Below, piece by piece: positions 1 to 9,730 of a stretch of 64,000 bases of DNA (the first letter of the stretch is position 1; each line of letters starts with the position of its first letter). The DNA is taken from the IMG/VR virus record IMGVR_UViG_3300027759_000001. One strand, written 5' to 3'. Source of the DNA: a virus. Its lineage: Duplodnaviria; Caudoviricetes. The position numbers and the translations under genes were made by a program. The notes under the pieces were generated by a model, which was not told the origin of the DNA, did not search any database, and worked only from the letters and a program-made list of their open reading frames with translations.

Positions 1-1
1 T

Positions 2-184
2 GAATTAGATGAAGTTGATGATACAATTTTAGATCTTAAACCTGAATGGTCTGATGAAGAAGAAATTGTTAATGACATTTACGATGACGGGTTTGATGAG
101 GTTGACGAAGAAGAAAAAGATGAGTTCCTGAATAAGTTAAACGAATCTTTAGATATGTTTAGGAGATTTAAAAAATATAACTAA
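2..184 (+). CDS. 3' end of acidic hypothetical protein (partial, begins before window)
   Basis: Open frame from nt 2 to TAA 182-184 (ELDEVDD...LNESLDMFRRFKKYN); stop overlaps the next ATG. Confidence 0.8.
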   Translation, partial: ELDEVDDTILDLKPEWSDEEEIVNDIYDDGFDEVDEEEKDEFLNKLNESLDMFRRFKKYN

Positions 185-483
185 TGGAAATTAGAGAATT
201 GGTGTCTTATTATGTTTATGAAGACACAAAAAGAATTGAGGTGACGTTTAGATTAACACTTGATTCTGAAGATGAAGTCAGAAATGATATTATTAATTTA
301 GAAGAAGCTGAGGAATTCGGATATAAACTAATAAATAATAATAATGATTTCTTCCAATTTGATGATGAGGAAGAAGAAGATTTTGATGATTTTATTGATA
401 TGGATGAAGATTTATTAATAAATTTCTTAAATGAGTATTATATTGTAAATCCAACTAAATTACCAAAAACAGAAATATTATAA
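184..483 (+). CDS. Acidic hypothetical protein
   Basis: 99-aa ORF, translationally coupled to the previous gene. Confidence 0.8.
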   Translation: MEIRELVSYYVYEDTKRIEVTFRLTLDSEDEVRNDIINLEEAEEFGYKLINNNNDFFQFDDEEEEDFDDFIDMDEDLLINFLNEYYIVNPTKLPKTEIL

Positions 484-499
484 AAGAAAATAGGTCCCA

Positions 500-997
500 T
501 TAAGGACCTATTCTTGTTAATGAATATACCACTGATTTTCTGGTACCATTAACCCACTGACCTGATGTTCTTACAGTTAATGATTCGTTAGAGTCATCAA
601 GGATCTTCCAAATACGTCTTGTACTCTCACAATCAAACACAATATTACCCAAATCATATGCAGTACGTTGTCCTTGTACAAAGTAGTAGTACTCAGTTTG
701 CCAATTAGTACCCCCAAATTGATTTTGAACAGGGTCAAAACGAATCATACTATAATCCATATGTAATTTAGTCTCACCAACAATAATTGCACTTAATACG
801 GGTATTTCTGTATTATCGTTATATACTGATCCTGTCAAGTAAGTACTATCTTGTGGAGATGGTTCACCATCAGTTTCTTGGTAAGTGATTTTATCAATCA
901 CATACTCACCACTCAAACTTAAAGATTTAGGTTCAGAATACTTCAAACAAGAAGTAATAAATGGTATAATCGCTAAAATAAAAACTAATCTTTTCAT
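500..997 (-). CDS. Putative lipoprotein (possibly lipocalin-like beta-barrel)
   Basis: Start reassigned to MKRLVFILAIIPFITSC (signal peptide with lipobox Cys); TATATTTG -7 element at 1018-1011 on minus strand. Confidence 0.7.
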   Translation of the reverse strand: MKRLVFILAIIPFITSCLKYSEPKSLSLSGEYVIDKITYQETDGEPSPQDSTYLTGSVYNDNTEIPVLSAIIVGETKLHMDYSMIRFDPVQNQFGGTNWQTEYYYFVQGQRTAYDLGNIVFDCESTRRIWKILDDSNESLTVRTSGQWVNGTRKSVVYSLTRIGP

Positions 998-1103
998 ATA
1001 TCTTTTTTTACAAATATACAAATATTTTTTAAAGTACGATAACATTAATGATTATATTTTACTTTTTTTGCTTATTTGAATATTTATTATAAAACTTATT
1101 ACT

Positions 1104-1340
1104 TTGGAACGTCTTGATGATCTTATAATGTTAATGAAAAAATTTACTTATAGTGATAGGAATGGTGAATTAGGAGAACAAGATGCGGCACCTGCGGGTG
1201 GTGGAGGAGGGGCAACATACCCAACCGTAACAAAATGGGAAACAGGGTTAACAAGAAGCGTTGCAAATACTCTTGATGCTAAAGTTACTTGGAAATCATT
1301 AAATAAAATAACAAGAGGTAAAGGTAATACCTTAATTTAA
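1104..1340 (+). CDS. Small hypothetical protein, probably virion-associated
   Basis: 78-aa ORF downstream of TATTTAT motif (1081-1087); LGEQ followed by a Gly/Ala linker. Confidence 0.65.
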   Translation: MERLDDLIMLMKKFTYSDRNGELGEQDAAPAGGGGGATYPTVTKWETGLTRSVANTLDAKVTWKSLNKITRGKGNTLI

Positions 1341-1352
1341 AAGTAAAAAAAT

Positions 1353-2261
1353 ATGAAAAAAATATCATTTGATAGTTCAGGAGAAGAAAAGAATCGAATC
1401 TTGGAAATGCACCAAAAATCCACAGGTAGACAATACCTTAATTTAATTAACGAAAGTGAAATTGAAGAAGACGATAAAAAACCAATGAGTCTTTTAGGTA
1501 AAGCTTTGTGGGTTGTGGCAGGAGCGGCAGTTATTGCTGGTGGTGTTCAGGCTTACAGATGGGAAGGTGGAGACGCTCAACAATCAGTTAAATTATTACA
1601 TAATTCTTGCGATACGTCTAAATTAGGTAAACCAGTTCAACCTAATGGTGAACATGAAAAAATTGCAAAAGAACTTGGGGAAGCTCTTAGAAGAAAAACA
1701 TTACTTATTTTTGGTGATACAGATAATGAAGGAATTAAAAATTCATTATCAAAAATTAAATCAATACCTGATTATTGTAAAGTTGCGGCAGAATATGAGT
1801 CAATATATGGTGAAGATTTATATGAAGGGTTTAGGGGTGATTTCTCTAAATTTTCCACAACAAACTGGGACACATATATTAGACAACCCTTAACAAATGC
1901 AATTAAAGCGACTGAAAAGGCTAATGATGATGGGACTACAGAAGGTGGTGGTGGTAATGAGGGTGATAATGGATCCGACAATAAAGATAATAAAAATGGT
2001 GATGAAGAAGGAACAAAAACTCCAGACGGTGACACTATTGAATATAAAAGTTGTTCAGGTACTTTTAAACTTGGTTGTAAAGACGAAAGTGGTAATGATG
2101 TATGGCACCTACAAGCTTGTTTGGGTATTAAACAAACTGGTAAATTTGGACCTAACACTGAATCGGCGTTAAAACAAAAAACTGGAAAAACATCAATTGA
2201 AGGTGGTGACATTTGGACATTATGTGAAGATGAGTCACCTGGCGAAATCGCATTATATTAA
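1353..2261 (+). CDS. Putative internal virion protein with hydrophobic segment, annexin-like repeat and C-terminal peptidoglycan-binding-like motif
   Basis: EEKNRILEMH..LINES N-terminus; ALWVVAGAAVIAGG hydrophobic stretch; GDTDNEGIKNSL...YGEDL annexin-like pattern; LQACLGIKQTGKFGPNTESAL resembles PG_binding_1. Confidence 0.5.
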   Translation: MKKISFDSSGEEKNRILEMHQKSTGRQYLNLINESEIEEDDKKPMSLLGKALWVVAGAAVIAGGVQAYRWEGGDAQQSVKLLHNSCDTSKLGKPVQPNGEHEKIAKELGEALRRKTLLIFGDTDNEGIKNSLSKIKSIPDYCKVAAEYESIYGEDLYEGFRGDFSKFSTTNWDTYIRQPLTNAIKATEKANDDGTTEGGGGNEGDNGSDNKDNKNGDEEGTKTPDGDTIEYKSCSGTFKLGCKDESGNDVWHLQACLGIKQTGKFGPNTESALKQKTGKTSIEGGDIWTLCEDESPGEIALY

Positions 2262-2284
2262 AATTAAAAATAAAACAAATCAAT

Positions 2285-3715
2285 ATGAGTATTAATAACG
2301 AAATAAAAAGAATGATGTCCCTACTTGAGTCTGAGTTGGGTAACGTAAAACCTTTAATAACTGAAGAGGATAAACCTGTTGAGGATTCGGTTGGACCATT
2401 AGAAAGATCAATTAAAGTGAATTGTTGGGCAAATAAAAAACCACAACCATATACCACAGATGGAGTAATACTAACTTTAGGTCAAGATTATGTTTATGCA
2501 TTTTCTAAAATTGCACCTGGAGTTAAAGCGGGAGATAAATTCTTAAAAGTTACAACTGCAGATGGAACTAACCTTTATGCGTTTGACAAACCATCTACAG
2601 ACCCTACGGCACTTAGTGCAAATCCTAAAGCATATTTAGCGGTTGTAAGAGATAAAAAGGTTACGGCAAGTAAGGATCCAAATTTAAATTATTTAACGGC
2701 CCATGGTTGGTATTGTAATGAATTTGATCAAAGTGTAAATGCGGTGTCTGATCAAACTAATTTAACTGGAGATCAACAAAGCCAAATTGAAACTTTGATA
2801 AGTGCGTTAGGTACTCAAGATACAGGATATACTTTTACTACAACAAAACCTGAAAACAGTAAAAACTTTGTTAAAATAGATTTAGCAACAGGTATAGGAA
2901 CGGATGGCGTTAGTTATCTTGATAAATTTAATTTGGCGGACAGAATCGGACCATTTAAATCTCAACCAGGTAAATTCTTTATATTTGCAAATGTTGGGAC
3001 TCAAGAAAAACTTTATGATATTCCTGTTGAGGTTGAGAAATTCTTAGTGACTCTTGGTTTTACAAGAACAAGGCCATTACCAGGTACTGCTGAAATTAAA
3101 ACTGAAACAACATTAAAAACATTATGTACGGGTTCAGGAAAAGCAATGTGTGATCCGGCAGTTATGGATTACATCAAGACTGATGGTGATAGACGTATTT
3201 GGAAAATGAATCCTCAACAATCAAAGGCGGCTGGAAATGTTTCATATAAAGATATAGTTGCAAAACAGGCTGAGTTAGGGAAAGGTGGAACAAAACAAGG
3301 GTTAAAGGCCATTGATAAACAAAAGGCAAATAAACCAGCTTGTCAAGCGGCAATACAACAATTATCAAATTGTGAAAGATATGGTACTGATGAAGATTGT
3401 GCTGAGGCATTAGGTTTGGCTGGAGTTGACGCATCTTATGCACAAGTATTAGATGATACTAAAAAATTAGTTAAAACTTGTGTTCAAAACGAAGTTGGTT
3501 TAGGAATGTTTTCAAAAAATATAAAAGCTCAATTAACACAGTTACAAGGATCAACAAGTCCTTATGGTTTAAGAGTAGCCGCAACACCAGTAACATCATT
3601 AGAAGAATCATTAAATAAATCAATTAAAAGTGTTATTAGTGAAACAATTAACAAAAACAACAACAAAAACTTAGATTCAATTATCAAAAATAATTTACGT
3701 AGATACATTAGGTAA
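2285..3715 (+). CDS. Hypothetical virion-associated protein
   Basis: 476-aa ORF with INNEIKRMMSLLE..LITEE N-terminus and LEESLNKSIKSVISE C-terminal motif. Confidence 0.6.
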   Translation: MSINNEIKRMMSLLESELGNVKPLITEEDKPVEDSVGPLERSIKVNCWANKKPQPYTTDGVILTLGQDYVYAFSKIAPGVKAGDKFLKVTTADGTNLYAFDKPSTDPTALSANPKAYLAVVRDKKVTASKDPNLNYLTAHGWYCNEFDQSVNAVSDQTNLTGDQQSQIETLISALGTQDTGYTFTTTKPENSKNFVKIDLATGIGTDGVSYLDKFNLADRIGPFKSQPGKFFIFANVGTQEKLYDIPVEVEKFLVTLGFTRTRPLPGTAEIKTETTLKTLCTGSGKAMCDPAVMDYIKTDGDRRIWKMNPQQSKAAGNVSYKDIVAKQAELGKGGTKQGLKAIDKQKANKPACQAAIQQLSNCERYGTDEDCAEALGLAGVDASYAQVLDDTKKLVKTCVQNEVGLGMFSKNIKAQLTQLQGSTSPYGLRVAATPVTSLEESLNKSIKSVISETINKNNNKNLDSIIKNNLRRYIR

Positions 3716-3798
3716 TACTTGAAAGCACTTATTTGGTGTAGATACCGAATAAGGATAAACCATCTAAAGAAAGGGAGGTGTTCAGTTATCTAGCAAAG

Positions 3799-3826
3799 TA
3801 GGAACTTCGGTTCCTATTTTGTTTTT
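3799..3826 (+). terminator. Intrinsic terminator
   Basis: TAGGAAC-TTCG-GTTCCTA followed by a T-rich tract. Confidence 0.85.
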
Positions 3827-3851
3827 ATGTGTATTTATTGTAAATGAATTT

Positions 3852-4730
3852 ATGAAGATTGCCGTATGTGTTCATCTATATCATCATGATATGTGGGATG
3901 AAATAAAAGAATATTTAAATAATATTGATCACCCATATAAATTATATGTTAATATTGGCGGATACATTCCAAATGAATTACCCTCTGACTTTAATTGGGA
4001 AGAATATTTAAGATTATACCCTGACTTATCATTAAACAACTTACTTACAAAGGATAAGGTGACCAAACATTTCTTAAGATTTGGAATGAGAGAAGAAAGA
4101 AATTACAAACAAACCCAAATTGATATTATAGATAAAATAAAATTGTATAAAGATAATTCTGTTATAATAAAATCCCCAAATAGAGGTATGGACATCGGAG
4201 GATTTCTACACACCTACAAACAAATAGATCCCGATACCGACATAATACTTAAAATACATACCAAAAAAGGTTTAGGGGATACGACAAACCCTTCTAACTC
4301 GTTAATACGACATGGTGTTGATAAGGCAAAAAAAATAGGAGAAGATTGGTTTAAAAATTTAATGAATGGTGTATTAAAAAATAAAAATCAGGTTAACAAC
4401 ATTATTAATGAATTTACTTTAAATCCTAAATGTGGAATGGTAGGGTTTAAATTATATAATAATTATAGTGTGAATATTAAAGAAATGGAAAAAATATATA
4501 AACTAATTAACATACATCCAAAGGAAGAAGATCCTTTTTTTGTTGGGGGAACAACATTTTGGGTTAGTAATGTGGTTATGAAAAAATATTTCACAAATGA
4601 GAATATAGATAAGATACTTGATATCTTACCATACGGATATGTCCATGAGCCATCCCCCAATCATGCAATGGAAAGAATTTTTGGTTGTTTTGTTTATAAT
4701 GACAAAAAAGAAATTAAGATTATTGTATGA
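3852..4730 (+). CDS. Rhamnan synthesis F (RgpF)-like glycosyltransferase
   Basis: KIAVCVHLYH, NRGMDIGGFL, KIHTKK, GTTFW, HAMERIFG motifs; start reassigned to ATG 3852 after TATTTAT 3832-3838. Confidence 0.75.
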   Translation: MKIAVCVHLYHHDMWDEIKEYLNNIDHPYKLYVNIGGYIPNELPSDFNWEEYLRLYPDLSLNNLLTKDKVTKHFLRFGMREERNYKQTQIDIIDKIKLYKDNSVIIKSPNRGMDIGGFLHTYKQIDPDTDIILKIHTKKGLGDTTNPSNSLIRHGVDKAKKIGEDWFKNLMNGVLKNKNQVNNIINEFTLNPKCGMVGFKLYNNYSVNIKEMEKIYKLINIHPKEEDPFFVGGTTFWVSNVVMKKYFTNENIDKILDILPYGYVHEPSPNHAMERIFGCFVYNDKKEIKIIV

Positions 4731-5365
4731 AACATTTAATATCAACACGAATTAAATTTAATGACGATATATTATTAATGAAATATCTTGAAGTCTCAAA
4801 AAAGACTTTTTTACCTTCAATATTATCACAGACAAATAAAAATTTTATTTTATGTGTTATTGCAAACAAACAACACCACACATTAATTGATAATTTAATA
4901 AATGAATTATGTGAAACTTTAAAAAAAGAAAAACCTTCTTTAGTTTTTTTAAATGATGCGTCAACAACTTATTTAAATTATATTTTAAAAGAAAATATAA
5001 ACATACAGACAAGACATGATTGTGATGATTGGATGTGTGATACTTATGTTGATCAGATACAGAAAATATTTTTTAAAAATGTGGATAAATATAATTCATT
5101 TGTTATACATGGTCAACCATATAAGTATGATATCACCGAAGATAAAAAATATAAAATGACATATAGATATGATGATAATAATACATCTATGTTTGTTTCA
5201 ATATGTCAAAAAAAATGTGATATTCAGTTATTTACATTAAAACATTGTGATGTTGGAAAATCTACTGAAAAGGTATTTATGGTGGATGAGGGATCTTGTC
5301 ATTTAGTAATACATAATAATAATAAAATGTCTACATTAACAAATAAAGATATATTAATTAAGTAA
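4727..5365 (+). CDS. Putative rhamnosyltransferase-like GT-A protein
   Basis: TRIKFN..SKKTFLPSILSQTNKNF and TRHDCDDW motifs. Confidence 0.6.
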   Translation: MKHLISTRIKFNDDILLMKYLEVSKKTFLPSILSQTNKNFILCVIANKQHHTLIDNLINELCETLKKEKPSLVFLNDASTTYLNYILKENINIQTRHDCDDWMCDTYVDQIQKIFFKNVDKYNSFVIHGQPYKYDITEDKKYKMTYRYDDNNTSMFVSICQKKCDIQLFTLKHCDVGKSTEKVFMVDEGSCHLVIHNNNKMSTLTNKDILIK

Positions 5366-6444
5366 TGGGAATTTCAGTAATTATGCCAACATTTGACAAT
5401 ATTGAATATATTGACGAAACACTTGATTCAATATATAAATCAGGTAAAGATCTTGAATATGAAATTTTAATAGGTATTGATGGTTGTAATAAAAGTTTAA
5501 AATATTTAAAGGATAAGACTTATCCTGTTAATACAAAGATTTTTTTCTTCCCCACAAATAAAGGTCCTTATTTAATTAAGAATACCCTATCAACTTTGGC
5601 AAAATATGATAAATTATTGTTCTTTGATTCTGATGATATAATGGAAGAAAATATGATCGGTTATTGTTTAAATTCCCTTAATAAACACCAATGTGTTAAA
5701 CCAAGATTACATAATTTTAAAATCGTCAATGGTAAAATGGTTAATGAGGTGGGTCGTAAAAATTGGGGTGAGGGTGTTTTTGCAATAAGAAAACCTATTT
5801 TTGATTACCATAATGGATTTGAGGGATGGTTAGTTGCTGCGGATTCTGATTTTATGAATCGTTTATATAAAAATAATACCTCAGTTGATTTGACTCAGGA
5901 AATATTATTATTAAGGAGATTACACGATAAAGGGTTAACTAGTCGTCCTGATACAGGATTAAGATCTTCATTGAGATCAAAGTACGCTTCAATTAGTAAA
6001 TCAAAAAAATATTTTGGACCTTTACCTGAATTAAAAATTGCGGAATATCAACCTATAAACATTGCGGAATATACAAATAATGATATTTTTAAAGTTGGTG
6101 ATACCAATAGTGATAATGAAGAAGTAGACGATTATGTTAACACAATTAATGATAGAAAACAAATCGTAAATGATGTTATTAAAACAATTAATAACAAAAA
6201 ACAAAAACAAGAGGATGTTGTACCTGAAAAGAAAGTATCATCTATTAATTATGAAAAAGTTAATAACTTACTTAAAAATAGAGTTATCCCAAAACCAATA
6301 CCTAAAGTAATACAGGTGAATGATACTCCTGAAAATAAAAAAATTATCACAAATAAAGAAATGGTTAAGTTAACTTTTCCAAGTAAAAAAAATAGGAGGA
6401 GTGGTGATAATACGATGAGTTTTGGGGGAAAAATTAATAAATAA
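5365..6444 (+). CDS. GT2 family glycosyltransferase with C-terminal low-complexity extension
   Basis: ISVIMPTFD, EILIGIDG, NKGPY, LFFDSDD, ADSDF motifs. Confidence 0.85.
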   Translation: MGISVIMPTFDNIEYIDETLDSIYKSGKDLEYEILIGIDGCNKSLKYLKDKTYPVNTKIFFFPTNKGPYLIKNTLSTLAKYDKLLFFDSDDIMEENMIGYCLNSLNKHQCVKPRLHNFKIVNGKMVNEVGRKNWGEGVFAIRKPIFDYHNGFEGWLVAADSDFMNRLYKNNTSVDLTQEILLLRRLHDKGLTSRPDTGLRSSLRSKYASISKSKKYFGPLPELKIAEYQPINIAEYTNNDIFKVGDTNSDNEEVDDYVNTINDRKQIVNDVIKTINNKKQKQEDVVPEKKVSSINYEKVNNLLKNRVIPKPIPKVIQVNDTPENKKIITNKEMVKLTFPSKKNRRSGDNTMSFGGKINK

Positions 6445-6480
6445 TTTGACATAATAATTTGTTTCTTTTATGATTGGTTT

Positions 6481-6657
6481 ATGTATATAATAATCAAACA
6501 CGTAAAAACACATAATGACAGGAAATTACCTGTAATTCTATTAGACACCCAAGGGGAAGTGTGGGAATTTGACAATAAAGATAAAGCCCAAGATATGGTT
6601 AATATTTTTAATGCTAATACCGATTCAGGTCACAAATACGAAGTTAAAAAAGTTTAA
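6481..6657 (+). CDS. Small hypothetical protein (58 aa, not in ORF track)
   Basis: MYIIIKHVKTHNDRKLPVILLDTQGEVWEFDNKDKAQDMVNIFNANTDSGHKYEVKKV fills the gap before tRNA-Arg. Confidence 0.65.
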   Translation: MYIIIKHVKTHNDRKLPVILLDTQGEVWEFDNKDKAQDMVNIFNANTDSGHKYEVKKV

Positions 6658-6663
6658 CAATAT

Positions 6664-6735
6664 GGTTCCGTAGTGAAAGGGATATCACAGTAGATTTCTA
6701 ATCTTCTATTCCTGGTTCGAATCCAGGCGGGACTA
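6664..6735 (+). tRNA. tRNA-Arg(UCU)
   Basis: Cloverleaf GGTTCCG/CGGGACT, anticodon loop TT-TCT-AA, T-arm CCTGG-TTCGAAT-CCAGG; CCA not encoded. Confidence 0.9.
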
Positions 6736-6753
6736 CTATTTTTTTCAAATATG

Positions 6754-6784
6754 TTTGGTAGATCCAATTAATTTTGTATCTTTG
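6754..6784 (+). promoter_or_regulatory. Bacteroidetes sigma70-type promoter
   Basis: TTTG (6754-6757), 19-nt spacer, TATCTTTG (6777-6784). Confidence 0.75.
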
Positions 6785-6816
6785 TAGGGTACTCATTTAA
6801 AAAACTCAAAAAAATT

Positions 6817-7539
6817 ATGAAAAAATTATTAGTCGTTTCAATTACAATATTCAGTATCTATTGTTTCTTTGTTAACAGTGATGTCAACAAAGGGATGAGA
6901 CATGAATTTTCAGATCTTAAAGAAGAAGTTTCTGAAGAAATTAACAAATCTCTTACCGAGGATAACTCGGTTGGTTCTGGTGGGGATGATCCGACAAAAG
7001 AATTTTCTTCTGAGGCAAAAGAATACTTTAATAAAGTAGCTTACGGAAATGAGTTTAATAGTGGAAATACTTCATTGAAAAAATGGAACCAAGACGTGAA
7101 GATATATGTTGTTGGGGACAAACGTGATTACTTGATGTCAGAATTAAAAGATATTGTTAGTGAATTAAACGGTCTTATCTCCACTATTAATATCACCATT
7201 GTTTCTAATGAATCAGACGCTAACCTTATTGTTTTGTTTGGTTCGGCTCAAGAATACAATGAATTTGAATCTAACTCTGTTGGATACACAGATCAGAACC
7301 AAGGTTTGTTTATAGTATATGGTAGGGAAGAATTGACACACGCAACAATGTATGTTGATGTTGAAAGAACAAGTACTAATGATGGTCAAAAACACTTGTT
7401 ACGTGAGGAGTTGACTCAATCATTGGGTTTGTGTAACGACTCTTACGACTACCCTGAGAGTATCTTCTACCAAGGGTGGACTGAGACCACTGAATACACT
7501 GAGATTGACAAAGAGTTGATCCAAATGTTGTACAACTAA
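6817..7539 (+). CDS. DUF2927-like zincin-fold protein with N-terminal membrane anchor
   Basis: HLLREELTQSLGLCNDS motif, KKWNQDVKIY; N-terminal hydrophobic segment. Confidence 0.75.
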   Translation: MKKLLVVSITIFSIYCFFVNSDVNKGMRHEFSDLKEEVSEEINKSLTEDNSVGSGGDDPTKEFSSEAKEYFNKVAYGNEFNSGNTSLKKWNQDVKIYVVGDKRDYLMSELKDIVSELNGLISTINITIVSNESDANLIVLFGSAQEYNEFESNSVGYTDQNQGLFIVYGREELTHATMYVDVERTSTNDGQKHLLREELTQSLGLCNDSYDYPESIFYQGWTETTEYTEIDKELIQMLYN

Positions 7540-7540
7540 A

Positions 7541-7570
7541 AAACACCCCCTGTAAAATGGGGGTTTTTGT
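7541..7570 (+). terminator. Intrinsic terminator
   Basis: ACCCCC...GGGGGT hairpin flanked by A and T tracts. Confidence 0.7.
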
Positions 7571-7594
7571 TTTCCCTGATACTTATATAATAGT

Positions 7595-9535
7595 ATGAAG
7601 ATAATTGTCACAGAAGAACAAATAAAAGAAATCATAAATAATGTTTATGGTAATATATTATTTGAACAAACTAAACCGGTTCCTAAAAATCAAACTTATG
7701 CGACAACTCAAGATAGGTCGTTAACAAAAGATAGTTTGACTGGAGGGGAATTAAAAATACCAAAGGGTACGACATTTACTGCACACCAAAATGGTGATAG
7801 AAAACTCACAACGCCAACTTATACTGCCTCAGTGGATAGAATTACAAATGGTAAAAATAAACCATCAACTGTCTTTTATTGTAATGGGACAAATGCTGGT
7901 AAATTTTGGAATGATGCCTCAAAATCGTGGTATTATGACAAATCAAAAGTATTATCAGGTTACCTATCAAAAAATTTGTGTACTAAATCATTTGCGGATC
8001 AAAGTTATTCGGAAATTAAAAAAATTGATATAAAAGGACAGAGAACCCCGGCCCAAATTGCGAATTTCTTAAAGACCTCAAACACATTGGATGATAATGA
8101 ACCGGCAATTGAATTGGCTTTTTCTGAAATTAAAACATGGGAGAGATACAATTCAGTAAAAAAATATTTAGGTCAGGATCCGTATAAGTTTGTATCACAA
8201 TTTATAGACGCAAGAGAAAAACATGGTCCAATACAATCTGTAACAACTTCTTACAGTATTTTATCTAAAGGTGCCACATCCGATCAAAATAAAATTTTAG
8301 ACCCAAGTAAAGGGTGTCCTGTTAATGTAACCGCATCACGACCATCAGGGACTAATCAATATTTGGGAGCTATAAATTACATGAAATTCTTCAAGGGAGG
8401 TGCGGGAACACCAGGTGCTGATCCATTATTATATAGTAATGGGGTAACAGGGACATATGCTAAAGTACCGGATTTTGGATGGAATCTTAATCCCAAAACT
8501 TATCCCTACCCAAAATATTATGATCAAAATTGTTTATCAATTGCAAAACAAGATGCAAATTCGGAAATAAAAAAACAAGCGATAGACAAACGTAATCAAT
8601 CTGATATTAATAGACAAGACTACCTTCAAAAAAGAGATACTGAAACAACAAACGTTTCAAATTATCAACTTCCTGTTAAAAATTTTAAAAACAATTTATC
8701 ATTAAATGAATCGGACAATAAAAGTAAAGATTATAAAGAGATGTCAGACTTCAATCAATCATTATCAAAACAAAAAGAATTAATACCTAAGTATTGTACA
8801 ACACCATTAGAACGTCAATGGGATGCCGGTGATGGTAGTGGTAATTATAAGTTGAGAATGATTAGTATGTATAATCTATGTAAAGATTACGGTGGTTTAT
8901 GGGTATATGGGGCTGGTAGTTCATCATATACTTGTGGATGTAGGGATAATTCAAATCCGGCATTAACAACCGCAATGAAAACAGACACAGGAAATTTTAA
9001 TGCGGGTAAAGAAATTCAAAAACAACAAGGATCCACAAATTGGGGTAATGTACAAGCAAGATCAGTTTTATGGGGGGCGGCAGCACTTGCATCGGCGTTT
9101 ATTCCTGTCGTAGGTCCTTTTGTTGCTGCTGGTATTGGGTTAGGTGGAGCTGCTGATTTATGGACAAGTAATAAACACAAAGAGGCTGCAATTGTTGCTT
9201 TCTTTTCTTTACTACCAATGGTAGGTAAAATTCCAGGTGTTGGAACAATAAGTAAGGCTCTTGGTGAAGAGATGAAAGCCGCGGTACTTAATAGTGGGGC
9301 CTTGACTGAAAAACAATTGGAAACTTTAATAAATATTATTAAATATGATACTCAGGTATCAAAAGCTATGATACCAACAATTGAAGCTCAAGGTTTAGGT
9401 AAATTAGAGGCCCACATAATAAAAACCGCAATTAAAAAAACAGAGGAGAAAGTGATTGACCTTGCCGGTGGACCAACTTATGGTGGTTTGAAAAAAACTA
9501 TACTTAAGGCAGGATTAGAAAAAGGTTTATCCTAA
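7595..9535 (+). CDS. Putative internal/ejected virion protein with annexin-like segment and C-terminal hydrophobic hairpin
   Basis: MKIIVTEEQIKEII..LFEQ N-terminus; DDNEPAIELAFSEIK segment; VLWGAAALASAFIPVVGPFVAAGIGLGG..AAIVAFFSLLPMVG hydrophobic region. Confidence 0.5.
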   Translation: MKIIVTEEQIKEIINNVYGNILFEQTKPVPKNQTYATTQDRSLTKDSLTGGELKIPKGTTFTAHQNGDRKLTTPTYTASVDRITNGKNKPSTVFYCNGTNAGKFWNDASKSWYYDKSKVLSGYLSKNLCTKSFADQSYSEIKKIDIKGQRTPAQIANFLKTSNTLDDNEPAIELAFSEIKTWERYNSVKKYLGQDPYKFVSQFIDAREKHGPIQSVTTSYSILSKGATSDQNKILDPSKGCPVNVTASRPSGTNQYLGAINYMKFFKGGAGTPGADPLLYSNGVTGTYAKVPDFGWNLNPKTYPYPKYYDQNCLSIAKQDANSEIKKQAIDKRNQSDINRQDYLQKRDTETTNVSNYQLPVKNFKNNLSLNESDNKSKDYKEMSDFNQSLSKQKELIPKYCTTPLERQWDAGDGSGNYKLRMISMYNLCKDYGGLWVYGAGSSSYTCGCRDNSNPALTTAMKTDTGNFNAGKEIQKQQGSTNWGNVQARSVLWGAAALASAFIPVVGPFVAAGIGLGGAADLWTSNKHKEAAIVAFFSLLPMVGKIPGVGTISKALGEEMKAAVLNSGALTEKQLETLINIIKYDTQVSKAMIPTIEAQGLGKLEAHIIKTAIKKTEEKVIDLAGGPTYGGLKKTILKAGLEKGLS

Positions 9536-9576
9536 TATTATTTGATTAATATCAATAATTCAATTATACTATCACT

Positions 9577-9687
9577 ATGGAAGATATATTTGAAAAGATT
9601 CACAATGAGTTTATTAACTCTGAGGAATTTATAGCATACCTTAAAGAAATGATGGAATCAGAAGAAAAATTATACATGACAAAATAA
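9577..9687 (+). CDS. Small hypothetical protein (36 aa)
   Basis: MEDIFEKIHNEFINSEEFIAYLKEMMESEEKLYMTK. Confidence 0.5.
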   Translation: MEDIFEKIHNEFINSEEFIAYLKEMMESEEKLYMTK

Positions 9688-9695
9688 TTAACCAT

Positions 9696-9726
9696 TTTGC
9701 CAATTGAAAAAGATTTCGTATCTTTA
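9696..9726 (+). promoter_or_regulatory. Bacteroidetes-type promoter (variant -7)
   Basis: TTTG (9696-9699), 19-nt spacer, TATCTTTA; shares TTGCCAATTGA with the promoter at 11256. Confidence 0.6.
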
Positions 9727-9730
9727 CAGT

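Noticed and set aside
6664-6735. Possible amber-suppressor (CUA) reading of the tRNA and stop-codon recoding
   Set aside because: Stem register places TCT at 34-36 (Arg), and core genes are intact in the standard code
6446-9570. E. coli-style TTGACA-N17-TATGAT (6446-6474) and TTGATT-N17-TATACT (9542-9570) promoters
   Set aside because: Only two clear cases in AT-rich DNA, against many Bacteroidetes-type promoters; not enough to argue for a second host or sigma class
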